Below are positions 11,428 to 24,999 of a DNA stretch of 64,000 nt, piece after piece (the stretch's first letter is position 1; the number at the start of each line of letters is the position of its first letter). A program made the translations under genes and the position numbers. Source of the DNA: Sminthopsis crassicaudata (Eukaryota). The stretch is taken from positions 628,660,958 to 628,724,957 of the forward strand of contig NC_133617.1 in the NCBI RefSeq assembly GCF_048593235.1, in the 5' to 3' direction. The notes under the pieces were generated by a model, which was given only the letters and a program-made list of their open reading frames with translations, was not told the DNA's origin and did no database searches.

Positions 11428-13639
11428 CCTTTTCTCTCTCTGCCACACTCCTGCTTCATCCTTAGGACCATTTCAATGACTGGACAACATTGAGGGGATG
11501 GGGATTGGTCCCTTTATGGGAAGGAATTCAGTGTTTCTGGATTTGGGGAGAAAAAGGCAATAGTTAAGAGGATCCTATATATATATATCCTATATGGTAT
11601 GCCCCTGAACAGAAGAAACCTAAACCTGAACTTAGGGTAATGGTAGTATGTGATGGGGTGTGGCAACAACTAATACCAGTATGAATTTGAAGAGAAAAAC
11701 CAGACTCAACCTGTTGGGAAACAAAAGAGAATATTTTTTCCTATGCAACATCAGTAGGGTTCCTAGTTTTCTCTTTGCCAAGACCTGTGGGACTGGGATA
11801 TGTTTTGCTTTGAAGTACAGCATCCCCTGGGAAGCTACTATAGTGGAGCCCAGAGAATTAAAGGATTAAAGTATTTCATTTGAAAAAAAACATGAATGAA
11901 TCTCAAAGCCTACCTCATTTAGAATTGAGGATTATAGAGAACTGTAGAATGAAAGAATGTGAGGCTCTTAGAATCTTTAGTTAGAAGTGACCTCCCAGGT
12001 CTTCTAGTCCAGGCTTCCTACTCAAGCAAGAATCCTCTCCATAAAACCCTAGATGACTGGTAAGCCAGTTCTAGTTTAATATTTTTAGTGAGGGGAAGTG
12101 TATTTTTTGAGAAAGGTAGCTTATTGCATTTTGAGAGCAGCTTTGATTTAGAGGGTTTTTTTTTTTTTTAAGGAATCTACTTTTTACCTGTAAAATGAGA
12201 ATGAAATTGAGGTGACTAAAACTCCAGTAGCACAGTGAAGACAGCCATACTGAAACCAAGGTTGAATGTCTGATTCAATTTTGGCAGCCTGAAGAGCAAG
12301 AAAGTGGTCTTGTATAGTGGAAAGAGCACTGTTCATGGAGTATATAAGGATATGCATATATGTCAAGAGGGGAAATCTAAGGGTGAGAGGGAACAGTGAG
12401 TGCATGAATTATAAAGGAAATATTAAAGCAGCTAAATTAGGGGAGCATAGCAAAATGAAAAGGAAGGGGGCATTCTATAAATACAGATAATCAGATTCTA
12501 TAAATATTTGAAAGTTGTCAACATCAGAGCATGCAGGTGTGTAAGATGGAAGAGTGAGGTAAGATTTAGATGAGAGAAATTTGAGCTGGTTATTAGAGAA
12601 AAGATCTATATCACGTTGCAAATGCTAGATTAGATGAACAATCTGAAAGACACTTTTATGAGTGCTTTTCTCCCCCTCCCTCAACCATTCCAACTTCCTA
12701 CCCATAATTCCCTGGGGTGATAGCCAGATATCCAAAATTGTAGCCAAACTTGGCTTTGGATTTATGTTCTAGTGGAGTTAGTAAAATATGTTTTGTTTTA
12801 TTTTGCTTTTCAGTTGGGCTTTGACTTTGCTCCATCCCAGTTGGGGCTCCCAAAGTAATCATGTTGCTACTAGGTTGTATACTCCTTAAGGGCAAGGACT
12901 GTACTTAAATTTATCTTTAGATCTCTTCCAACCCCAAGCACAGTGGGACTGGGTACTTGAATGTTTAATGAACGAATCAATGAATAAATAAATTAATCCA
13001 GGATGGCACCTTTTAGGTATGTTACAAGATTTTATTTAGGTTAAACTTGGATTAGATAACCTCTGTGATTATGTGAACATTGTCTTTCCTAGTGTCCTAT
13101 TCTCCCTGCATTTTTTTTTTAACCAAACAGTAAATTCTGTTACCTTGGGCTTAAAGTACTTGTCACTGCCAGGCTAAAGAAGATATGTAGTCACAGAATC
13201 AAAAAAAGTTATAATTACAAGAGACATCAAAGACCATCTTGGCTAATTCTCTAATTTTATAAAGGATAAAACTGTGGCCCAAAAAGGGGATTTTTTTCAA
13301 CATCATGCAGTGAGTCAGAATCAGAGGACATTAGATTTTTGAGCTGCAAAGAATCTTAGAAATTATCTAAATCAACTTTTTCATCTTGCAGATGAAGGCC
13401 AGAGAAGTTAGTCAAATTGTCCAGGTAAATTTTTCCACAAAAGTAGTAGATGAAAGAAATGAGATTTCTGATTCCAAATCTGTTGCCCTTTCCATTAATT
13501 CATTGTCTCACGTATTTACCTTTTCAGGGCAGTTGTGAAGAAAGTCCTTTATGAACCTTAAGGTGCCATGTAAATGTGAGTTAATGTTATTATTTAAAGG
13601 CAGAATTGGGTTAGGAAAAAATAGAAAATGGTACAATAT

Positions 13640-14330
13640 GTACAGTGAACAGCAAGCAAAGTCCCATTTGACTACAGCATGGAAGTATGAAAGAGTAACA
13701 TAGGATACATCTGGAAAGGGTGCCTGGAACCAAATTGTAAAGGGCTTTAAATATCAAGCAGAAGGGTTTGTTACCCTAGAGGCAATTGGAGGTAGCTGAA
13801 GATTCCAAAGTATCTGAGTGATATAATCAGACATGTAATTTAAAAAGATTATTTTGGCAACAGTATGGAAGATGGGATTAAAGAGAGTAGAGATGGAAAT
13901 CTGGAAGTCAAATTATAAAGCTATTGTAGTAGTTTAATAAAACAGCAGCTAGTCTATAGTGTATAGTGTATAGAGTACCAGGCCTGGAGTCAGACAGAAC
14001 TCTTCCTGAGTTCAACTCTGGCCTCAGACACCTAATAGCTGTGTGACCATGGACAAGTCCCTTAACCTTATTTGCTTCAGCTCCTCATCTATAAAATGAT
14101 CTGAGGAAGCAAACGGCAAATATCTTTGCCAAGAAAACCCAAAATGGAGTCATGAAGAGTCAAACATGACTGAATAACAAGGAGGTGACAATTGGGGAAA
14201 TGTGGTAGAATTAGAATTGACAAGACTTGACAGTGGACAAAGAAGTGACATTAGTCAAATAGGGATCAAATAGGGATACAAACTGAGGTGATTGGAAGAA
14301 TAGAGGGACCCTCAGCAATCAGAGGGAAGA
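13640..14330 (-). mobile_element. L2 fragment split by a MAR1 SINE
   Basis: ccaaattgtaaagggctttaaatatcaagcaga...attattttggcaacagtatggaagatgg... resumes after 14180. Confidence 0.7.
13945..14180 (+). mobile_element. MAR1-type marsupial SINE
   Basis: ggcctggagtcagac...cctcagacacctaatagctgtgtgacc...atctttgccaagaaaacccaaaatggagtcatgaagagtcaaacatgactgaataacaa (RTE/BovB-like tail). Confidence 0.9.
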
Positions 14331-15929
14331 CAGCACTCATATGGCATACTCCTGTCATCTTACAGGCAGGACAATAGAGGTTCAGAAGCTTGCTCAGGAT
14401 CATAGAGAAAATTAGTAGTAAAGTCAGAAACCTACATTATAATCTAGATTTTCTAGCTTGGGGAGAGCTACTCAGAATGGGGTCCAAAGAATAGGCTCTA
14501 ATGGAAATTGCAAATGGCACTGATTACTTCCCTATTGACAAGAGAATCTCATGTCTCAAGAGTGTTTAGTTGCCTCTCTGGGCTCTGAGCCAATAGCTGA
14601 GAAAGCCTCCAGAAATGGTCCCTGTTCTTTCATCCCAGCCCTGACCACATGCATTAAAGTTAGGATGTCCTTACACTATTCTTTGCTGACTAGTATATCC
14701 AGACTTCAGGCATTCAGTCAATTTTGCAATAAAATTCATAGATATTAAATGGTTTCAACTGTGCAGGGGATTTTCAGGAGTTATTATCCCTTGAGGCCAA
14801 ATGGCAGAGGATGCAAGGTTAGAAAAATGAAAAATAAAACATTATCAAAGTAACCAGTGAGTCTTATACTAAATACCCACCAGGTATCTTAATAATGCCT
14901 TTAAAGGAAATGGGATGGATGTTGATGCGTGAAAAGCAAATATTTGCCATCCAAGATTTCTGTGACCAGTGTTAAGACCTCATTTAACAAACAGAATCAA
15001 AAGGAAACAACTGGATTCATCCCTGGGGTAAAGACTGGGGGAAAAAACAGCATGTTTTGGCCAATCTGATCGAACTCTTCCTAAGAGCACTGAACCACAG
15101 GAACCTGTATTATCAAAGTCAAGCAGACCCTGTTATAAGACTATTACTTTCCTTGAGTAAATTCCTTTGGTGAATCAAAGCTTCACTGTGTTGAGCCCTC
15201 AGAGGCCAAGACTTGGGACTGAAAAGAGCATTCTGATTGATTTCTTAAAACCTCCAAAGAGCCAGTTTCATTAGTGTGGAACAATGGTGGATAACTTTCT
15301 GATGATCAGTGCCTCTGTACTGACTTAAACTAGTCTTCAGATGACAGACACAGAACCTTATACTTTATTCAAAATATATCCTTATTCAAAGCCTTCCCAG
15401 CTTGAGAGCTTTCAGACCTAGCCTTCTGACTGACATAGCTCTGCAAAATCTATTCTGTATTCCACAAGAGGCATTGGTGGAAGATACAAATACACTGAAC
15501 AGTCTTTACCTATCCTGATGTATGGGATAGATTTGATCCATCCTGACTTATTCATAGAGCAGGTACTGATTTTTGGTAGGTAGGAAGCAGTGATTTCATC
15601 AGTGGGGAGAACTCACATTATGGATTCCTCCCCTCCCCCCCAATGTAGTTCTGTGATTCATCAGTAACAATTCATGGAAGAATTGCCTGAGATGCTGAGA
15701 GATTGTCACATAATTAGTATGTGTCTATAATAGGATTTGAACCCAAATTTTGCTTAATCCAACCCCAATATTCTGTTATTATCTTCTGATAAAGTTGTCA
15801 TATGCTAAGTTATAGACCAATATGAATAGATCCCCACATTATTTCAAATTGTGTTTATATTTTGTACCATAAACTGTGACTATCTGTGCCCCAGAGCTGA
15901 ATGCCAAAATCAGGAGGAGAAATGCATGC

Positions 15930-16810
15930 TCCCTTTTTGAGATTTGAACATTAGACTATGTCAACTCTGGCCTGGATTATTGCAGTGGCCTCCTAATCAG
16001 TTTTCCTGCCTCTGGTTTCTCTCTGGACTCTCTGGATTAGTCCTAGGCCTGACCATGTCATTCAGTAATTTAATCAATCAGCTCCACTGATTTCCTATGA
16101 CTTTTGAGGTCATAGAATCACATGTTCAAAGCTAGGAAAAAATTTTAAGGGAATCAATTTAGGTCAACCCCTTCATTCTATAGATGAGAAAACAGGCCAA
16201 GAGAAGTTGAGGCACTTGTACAAGAGCACATATATATTAAGTTCTAGCATTAGAACTGTGGTCTTCTATCTTTAAATCTATTGTTTTTTTCCCCACTGTA
16301 CATGCTAAGTATAGACTTTTCTCTACTTAGCATTTGGAGCGCATCATAACCTACCCTTCCAAGTTTATGACACATCATTCTTGTTAAGGCATACTATGTA
16401 TGGTCCCCCTGGCCTTTGTGCTGCTCCTCACATAAGGCACTCCATCTCTTGTCTGAGCCTTTGTCTTGACTGTTTCTCGTGCCTGGAAAATGCTCCCCTT
16501 TCATTTCTGCCTCATAGAATCTACTTTTCCCTTCAAGACATAGCTCAAGCAAACACCATCTTCTAGATGAAACTCTTCTTGAACTCCTCAATTTCTAGTG
16601 CCTCCCTCTTAAATTACATTGTGTTTAACTAGTTTTTATTTATTCTTCTTAAATTTGTTCTATTTAAACCTACAAATGTCCTTAGCACAGTAGGCACTAA
16701 ACAAATACTTATTGTTTCCCCCATCTAGATGCTGAGTTCTTTCAGCTCAGAGGGCTTCATTTTTGTATTTGTATCACTTCTCACAGGTACACTGTCTGCA
16801 ATTGGTTGAT
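15930..16810 (+). mobile_element. L2 3' region with a MIR3 insert
   Basis: ggcctggattattgcagtggcctcctaat...gcctggaaaatgctcc...cttagcacagtaggcactaaacaaatacttatt. Confidence 0.75.
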
Positions 16811-17184
16811 TGCACATATAAGGAAGGGAAGGAATTTGATTCTCCCTTCCTCTCCTGCTAAGTTAATGTAGTCATAGAAATTAATGGACTAATAATGAGG
16901 TATTAAACTAAGGTCTGGTGATTTTTTAAGGGCAAAAAAAGTTCCTTAATTGAATTAGAAAAGGAATCTTGCTACTGGCTAAGAAAAAATTGTTCCCACC
17001 CCAGAAAAATTTAAATACCTTAGCTCACCCATCATTACAATTTAGGCTGGGAGTACCGTATAGAAGATTCCCCTTTGCTTCTATCAGAGGGCAACAGGGC
17101 AAAGACAGGGATTTTCTCTCTCCCCTCCACACCATAGCCCATGGTGTCTAAAGGCAGAGCTAAGCACTCAGTAGGAGACATGTC

Positions 17185-17375
17185 TTTCTTAAGAATCATC
17201 CCTTAACCCCAGATTATTTAGGTTCTCATTGATTAGCCAACAATAGGTCCCAGGTCAAGTCCAGTTAGTCTTTGTTTGGACCTCTTTGATTCAAAGTGAA
17301 TGTAAATAGCTATTTGTTGCTCATTTGATCAGAAACCTTAAGGGTCTTCTTCCAGATTAGATTTTTTTTTTTTGT
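17185..17375. mobile_element. RTESINE/WALLSI4-type fragment, inverted copy of 17930-18117
   Basis: Hand alignment: 17185-17339 vs reverse complement of 17963-18117 gives 145/155 identical, ungapped. Confidence 0.85.
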
Positions 17376-17714
17376 GACTGCATAAAATTGGTCATCCAGT
17401 AGCTCATCAGTTTGAAAGAATTTGAAGAGCAGTTCACAGAGCACAGATGCATACTAGTTTAGGCAGCAACACAGAGGTGTAATCACATGAGGAAAGTAGC
17501 AGCTTCAAGGAGAATAGTCCCTAGCAGTAGACAAGAGAGTTGACTAAAAGTTCAAGGGGGAATTACCCCCCAACAATCAAGAGTGATAAAGAAAAACAGA
17601 CCCTATGAACTCAGGGCATACTGCCTAGCAAAACACAACGATGAGAAAAGAACTGCCTTTAAACCACATAAAGAGAAAAGATATGGAGTCCTTACAGTGC
17701 CAGAAACATGAGTT

Positions 17715-18125
17715 GACTTAACCACTTTATCCTCCAGAGCCATCTGGGTTCAATGGCAACATAAAGATCTAGATGACTGGAGATGGCCCTGGATGCAGTG
17801 GGAAGTCTTGATCTTTTTAAGCTAAAATCTTTAACAGTTTGACTGAGGGCTACACTCATCCAATGATTATGGCTAGGTCATAATTGAGGCAAAGAATGAC
17901 CAATTTTATGTAGTCACCAAAAAAACAAAACAAAAACTCTAATCTAGAAGAGGAAGACTCTCAAGGTTTCTGATCAAATCAGCAACAAATAGCTATTTAC
18001 ATGCACTTTGAACCAAAGGGGTCCAAACAAAGACTAACTGGACTTGACCTGGGACCTATTGTTGGCCAATCAATGAGAACCTGAATGATCTGAGGCTAAG
18101 GGATGATCCTTAAGAAATCTAGCCT
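17715..18125. mobile_element. RTESINE/WALLSI4-type marsupial SINE
   Basis: cctccagagccatctgggtt...gactggagatggccctggatgcagtggga...gggacctattgttggccaatcaatgaga...ccttaagaaatctagcc; family name from recalled consensus. Confidence 0.75.
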
Positions 18126-19199
18126 GAAATTTTATTATCAGTCAGAAGCTTTGAGACAATTGTAACACTAGTGTTTTAGCTTATAATAAAATAAACACCT
18201 CCATGCTTCAGGGTACCATCATCCAGAGCAGCAGCTCCTATGGAGTGGAAAGCAGCCATCTCTACCAACTGTTAATCAACTGCCAGTCACCAGGTAGGCA
18301 AACCAGCCTAGCTAAAGTCACAAAGCACCCTAAGGGAGAAATAGACAGGAGGATGCATGTGAGTTCTTCTGGCCCAGTGACTATAGGAATCATCCTGGGA
18401 AGCAGCCCCTGTGAAGATGCAGACCCGGTAGCTGTGCCTGTAGGTGTTACACCACTAGCTACTGATGCAGATAAGAAAATTCTTGCCACTCAAATCCTTA
18501 GCATTTCAGAAATGTATGTAATTTTATCAATGGAAATGACATTAAAGAAAAGGGTTTACCATTAGCTTTGCTGTCTCTTCCTAAGGATCATGAAAATTTC
18601 CATCTGATTGCTACTGAAACCTTCCATATGTGTTTGTCTTCTCCATTCATTGAGGAAAGGAACTGTCTTACTTTTCTATTTATATCTTCAGAGCTTAGAA
18701 CAGTGCTTTGCACATAGTACTTTATTAAAGTCTTTTTTCATTCATTCATTTACAGTAAGCTTTTCTAGCATAAAAATATACATTTTAAGTTGCCATAATT
18801 AAAAGGGTTCATAGTTGTGTACACCTATGTGTTACACTTTCAGTGACTTCTTCAGCTTACCTAATCTTACACCTTACTCTGTTTCTTGGGTCTGGGGTCA
18901 TTGGTCCCATGCTATTTGAAGTCAGATAAAGGGCAGAGAATGATAAAGTTAGAAGGGAACTCAGAACATAGAAAATAGAATTCTTGACCAGAAAGGAACA
19001 TTAGAAAATATATCATACACCCTTTAGAGTCACTTCCTCCTGTCCTGGAACTCAACCCCTATTCTCACCTTTTTTTCTTTCTTTTTGGTGTTTAGGAAAT
19101 AGAAGCTAATTTGGTCTGTCCTGTCATCACAAACCGGTCCTTTAGCACTGACCAAATGGACACTGCTCATGAAAGGGGAAGTAAGAATATACAGGAGGG

Positions 19200-22100
19200 T
19201 AGAATATGTTCAGAGAAAATTAGTACCTCTGGTATGAGGGCTGCTGAGGCCTTTTCAGGGCTACTTTCCACCTTTGGTGTCTTCTTGAGTCATGAAACTC
19301 TCATCTGTAGCCCTAACAAACTGTAGCATGTGTATCAGACACATCCTCGCAAACCATTTTTGTAGGTGAATGCAGCCAGTCTGAGGGCAACTAAATGGTT
19401 GCCCAATGGTGGGGTAAGGGGTATTTACCCCAAGCATATGAAGACTTCCCCTTATGGAACTGGCATACAAGAATAATATGTTCCAATGACCATGAAGGCA
19501 GTTGAAGCAAGCACTGTGGAGTGCTTGGTTAGACATCAAGGCACCAAGGTCATCCACTGCATCCATCACCTGTTGTCTTTATTGTGTCCTGTCACTGGAC
19601 TATGGCAACTCTGAAAGAGAGAATGAGGATGATGATTCTACGCAACTCTGCTTCACTTATGTGCAATTTATGCATGAATCAAAAGACATCATGTATACCA
19701 TTTTACCATTTTTACCAATCTACAAAGTCCTGCGATGACAGGCAAATGACAAAGCAAAAGGTACAGTGCTGTAATCACAGTCCTGCACATAGGCAGCCCA
19801 GGCCCTAGAACTATCTTCTCACTGGAAGCAGCAGTGGGATTTGGCAGCCCTTTGGGTATCTGAGCAGCCTTTTAAGGACTGCAGAGCTCACTTCCTGGTG
19901 TGAGGAAGGGACTAGAAAAGGTGCCCTAAAAATTGTCTGCTTACCCAACTCAAGTCTGATTACCCTATCCCTCAGTCAAAACACACGCAAAAAAATGTAC
20001 AAACATTTCTGCAAAGATGATTCTACTTATCATTGGTACATGCAATATGTGCACAGCTAAAATTCCAGTAGACATGAAAGATGAATAACTCTTGTTGCAA
20101 GAGAACTTAGCATCCACATAGCAAATTAATGAAATAAGGTTGGCAAATGAAAGCCAGCTTGCTAAAATCAGGGCTGAATGATGTTTTTTCTAGATTGGCT
20201 GCAGTGAAGGTGAGCATTGTGAAGCCAGTATAGGTTTTGCAATCAAAATGTAATGTAGTCAACAAATTTGTATGCCTACCAAAAGAAGTGAATAACAGAC
20301 TCATCACAGTACAACTGCCATTTTCAAGAAAATGCCTTGCCACCATCATCAGTGCCTATGTTCCCACCATGATGAAGTCAAAGAAAAAATTCTGAAGGCC
20401 TAGAGACCCTTATCATCAATGTTCCAAAAGAAGACAAGCTTATAATTCTGGGTGACTTTAATGCTAAAGAAGGCCTACCTAGACTACTAGACATGGCAGG
20501 GAGTTCTTGGAAGGAATGAAGTTGGAAACAAAAGCACTTATACTGAAGATTTGTTCATTTCATGACTTTTTCATCACTAATATGGTCTTCCATTTACTTA
20601 AATACAATGAAACTTCTTGGATGTACCCTCATAGCAAACATTGGCATTTGAAAGACTTGTGATTATAAGGAGAAGAGAAAGTTAGCATGTGAAAGTGACA
20701 AAAGCAAAGTATAGCTCAGAGTGCTGGACTGATCATAGACTTATCCTTTGCAAACTAAATATTTGCATTTAGCAAAAGCAGCAGCCCTAAGACAAAATGA
20801 CAACCCAAAGAATTGTCAACCAAGTAGAGCACTTTTCTGAGTGGGAACAGTTTGTTGCAAACTTGGAGGGAAAATTGAACCAATGCACAGTTGGAGCAGA
20901 AAAAGAGCAGGCAGTTTTCAGAGAATTGTTGTACAGCACTGCATGTGCTCGTCTGTGTTAGAACACTTGCAAATATCAAGACTGGCTTGATGAAAATGAT
21001 GTGGAAATTCAGAAGCTGCAAAATAAAAAAATGAAAACTCTACAAGGTTTACCAGCAGGATAGTTTATCTCTAAGAAGGCAGCATTTAACTCCATTAAAA
21101 GTAAAGTACTAGCAGATCTTAGAGAGGTGCAGGACTCTTAGCTTACTAAGAATTCAGATGAAATTCAGTTTTATAAAAATAATAACAATCTAATGTGCTC
21201 TTATGATGCCCTGAAGGCTATTTAGGAGCCAAACACCTATGGTGTATCTCAGCTACTCAATGCTGATAGAGGCACATTGATTAGTGATAAGAGTGTGATT
21301 CTAGGGAGATGGGCTGAACACTTCCATAATGTTCTCAACTGACTGTTAACAATCAATGTTGAAGTCATTGACCATTTACCTCAGGTTGAAGTTGATTTCT
21401 CCCTTGCTAAATATAAAAAGGGATTCTTTCATATGACAAAGAACCTGGTACTAGTTTTATTCCAGCTGAAATTTATAAGGTGGGGGTCCATTGCTCATAC
21501 TAAAGCTGACTTAAAATTTCCAGATTATTGGTAAGAGGAGGTTATCCCTCAGGAGTTTAAGGGGTCCATCTCTATAAAAGTAAAGAAAAATAGAATGTCT
21601 AGTGACAATAATAGGAGCCAAGGAGGGAGGGTCATCTTTCTTAATCATTGCTGGAAAGATTCTTGCCAGGGTTCTCCTTAATAGGCTGATACTTCACCTG
21701 AAAGATGGTCATCTATATGAGAGCCAATGTGCCTTCACAAAAGGTCAAGGAATGGTCTATATAGTGTTTTCTGCCCAACAACTCCAGGAGAAATGCCAAT
21801 AGCAGAACAGAGGCTATACACAACATTTGTAAATCTGATCCAAGGCCTTTGATACTGTCAGTCTGAAGGGATTATGGAAAATTATGGCAAAATTTGGTTG
21901 CCCAGAGAAGTGCTTCAGTACTTCATGTCTGGCATGCTTGTCAGGGTTCTGGATAATGAATGATGCTCTCACCCTTTCCCAGTTATCAAAAGAGTGAAAC
22001 AAGGCTGTGTGCTTGCTCTTATGCTTTTTAGCATGATGTTTCCAGCTGTTGTCAAATGCTTTCAATGAAGACAAACATGGCATCAAGTAGCTACCAGAAT

Positions 22101-22295
22101 GATGGTAAATTCTTAAATTTGAAAAGGCTACAAGCCAAGACTAAAGTGGAGAGAGTGTTGATGCATACTTTTTTGTTTGCTGATGATTATGCACTCAGTG
22201 CAATCTCTGAAGCTGAGATGCAACAAAGTATGGATCCATTCTCTGCTTCTTGTGCTAATTTTGACCTAACAATTAACACCAAGAAAACACAGGGG
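19200..22295 (+). mobile_element. RTE-clade non-LTR retrotransposon, decayed APE endonuclease plus RT, 3'-truncated
   Basis: Translated motifs: TIISAYVPTM (~20340), LIILGDFNA (~20440-20465), SWMYPHSKHWH (~20610), WTDHRLI (~20720), KILARVLLNRL, ESQCAF, QQLQEKC, VKQGCVLA (~21995), FLFADDYAL (~22170-22195). Many stops and frameshifts. Confidence 0.95.
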
Positions 22296-23119
22296 CTCCA
22301 TAAATATTATAGATAATTTTTATGCCATTTCTATTACACATCATTGTTTATAATATGCTATTCTTTGGATTTGATTCTTTGGAGATTGTGGGTTTGTTCC
22401 ATGATTTTGAACAGTATAGTATCACTAGAAAAATATTGATATTGAAAAGATGAATTTCTGTGTCAAGCCACATTTGAGGTTATTGAAAGTACTGTAAAGT
22501 TTCCCATATGAAATTCAGCCTGATTATCTATTCATATTCAATTCTGTGCCCAGCTCATCTTGCATCATGAAGATATATGTATATTGATGTACTAATTAAA
22601 AGACTGCCCATATAATCTTTATCCACTTGCAGACTTGTTGTCAGGAAGGAACCAAGTTTGAATCTTGCCTCTCAAATTTACTAATGTTTGGGCTAACATA
22701 CTGAGTTTCAAATACTTGAATTATAAAACCCAGAATAATATTAGCTGCAAGGTTGTTGTAACTTATAGGATTGTTGAGAAGCTCAAATAATGAGAGTAGT
22801 ATATCTGGAATGCAGAACCAAAATGCAATGGAGAAGAGAAGTAATGTGAAATCACTCTAGAATGATAGACTGGGACCAGATTGAGGGGCTTTAAATACAA
22901 ACCCAAACTTTGAATATTATATCACAGAGATATTAGATAACTTGTGAAACTGCTCAAATAGGGGTGTGACATGGTCATACATACACTTCAGGAATGTCAG
23001 TTTGGCAGCTATGTGGAGGATGGATTGCAGACAAGGATAATAGACAAGGTAAAAAAATGTCAAGCACCTGAAATAGGATCATGTGCAAGGAAAGGAGGGG
23101 ACAGATTCTTTTTCTTCTT

Positions 23120-23875
23120 TTTAAAAATGTTACTGGTATTTTGTTTTTTCTAATTACATAAAAATATTTTTCAACATTAAGTTTTATAGGATTTTGAGGT
23201 CCATTTTTTTTATTCTTCCCTTCCTTTTTTCCTCCCCAAGACAACAAAAGATCTGATATAGGTTATACATGTTCAATCTTGTTAAAGATATTACTGCATT
23301 AGTCTGATAGTGAAAGAAGAGACAGAACAAAAAGAAAAATAACATGCAGGGAAAAATCAAATTGAAGATAGTATGCTTCAATCTGAATTCAGATTCCATC
23401 AGTTCTTTTTCTCAATGTGTACAGTATTTTCCCTCATTTAAGTCCTTTGGGATTGTTTTAGATCATTATATTGTTGAGAAAAGCTAAATGATTCATAGTT
23501 CATCATACAATTTTGCTGTTACTGTGTATGATGTTCTCCTGGTTTTGTTCATTTCACGTAACATCAGTTTGAGCTTTTCTGAAATCTTCCTGCTCATCAT
23601 TTCTTATGGCACAATAGCATTCACCACTTGTCCAGCTATTGATGGACATTACCTCAATTTCCAATTTTTGTTGCCACAAAAAGAGCTACTTTAAATATTT
23701 TTGCACATGTAGATCCTTTCTCCTTTTTATGATTTCTTTGGGATAAGTAGTATTGTTAAAGCAAAATGTATGCACAGTTAAATTGCCTTTTGAGCATAGT
23801 TCCAAATTGATTTCCAGAATGGTTGAATCAATACACAGCTCCACCAGCAGTGCATTATTGTTCCAATTTTGAGGA
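23120..23875 (-). mobile_element. L1 LINE 3' end (marsupial type)
   Basis: Antisense 3'UTR/ORF2 end (gatggacattacctcaatttccaatttttgttgccacaaaaagagc...catagttccaaattgatttccagaatggttg); same family as 49485-50325. Confidence 0.9.
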
Positions 23876-23879
23876 GACA

Positions 23880-24760
23880 GATTCAAAGGAAATGTCAGAA
23901 AGATAGAAATAATAAGACTTGGAAACCTTGGTGAGAGGAAAAGAGGTGAGGGAGAAGGAAGAATCAAAGTTGACCAGTCATTGTGAATCTTGGTGACCAG
24001 AAGGATGGTGGTAAATAGAGAAGGCATGAAGAAGGGTAAATTTGGGGAAATGATAGTTACTATTTTGATTCTCTGTGATATTGACCTGGAGCTTAGGAAA
24101 AAATTTAGGGACAAATATAAAAGATATGAGATCTGTGTAGAGATGAAAGCTAAGATCACTGAGAGAGAGAAGAGAACACAGAAGAGAGTCCTGGGATACA
24201 TCTGATACAAAGGTAAGACATGGATAATGACTAAGTAGAAGAGACTAAAGAAAATTGTTGAGAAATATAGGAAGAGAACTAGGAGAGAACAGGGTTAACA
24301 AACTCCCAGGGAGGAAGAGTATTCAGGAAGATGTGCAATCAATAGTTTGAAATGCTACAGCTACAGAAAAGTCAAGAAAAATAAAGACAGACAAATGGCC
24401 ATTGGATCTAATCAGAGCTTGTTGAAATCCTTGAAAGAAAGCATTTTCATTCAAGTGATGGGGTCTGAACTAGATTACAAGGGGTTGAGAAGTGAGTGGG
24501 AGAAGAGGAAATGGAAGCAATAATTATAAACGGATGGTGTTTCATTGAGTTTGTGAAAGGAAGGGGCATAGGTTAGCTGGAAAAGATAGCTGGGTCAAGT
24601 AAAAATGTTTTAAGAATGGAGGAGATCTGGAAATATTTGTAGGCAGAAGGAAAGGAACTAGTAAATAGAGGGAGATTAAAGGATGGGGGGAGTGTATAAA
24701 TGAGGAAATAGTCTTCTAGAAAAGACAGGAGGGAACAGAATCAAAGGAACTTTTGAAGGG
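23880..24760 (-). mobile_element. L2 fragment
   Basis: gagatctgtgtagagatgaaagctaag...ggccattggatcta...gaactagattacaaggggttgagaagtgagtggg; explains ORFs 23686-24210 and 23990-24205. Confidence 0.8.
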
Positions 24761-24999
24761 CTTCTGATTTCCCTTTTCACCACAGATCAGCACCCTTTCT
24801 GCAATTTTTAATCTTAAAGAGTTGCTTACAGCATTGAGAAGTAGAAATGACTTACTCAGTGTGGAAGTGACATAAACTCTATGTCAGAGGGAGTTTTAGA
24901 ACTCAGATTTTCCTAGCTTTTAAGTCAGTGTCTATTATACCATGAGAAGATCACAAAAGACAAAAACAGTTAATTTCAATTATATAAAATAAAATTTTT

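Noticed and set aside
18203-18565. Overlapping ORFs and exon-like 18212-18293 (cAG|GG...CAG|GTAGGC)
   Set aside because: Weak pyrimidine tract, no recognisable product in any frame.
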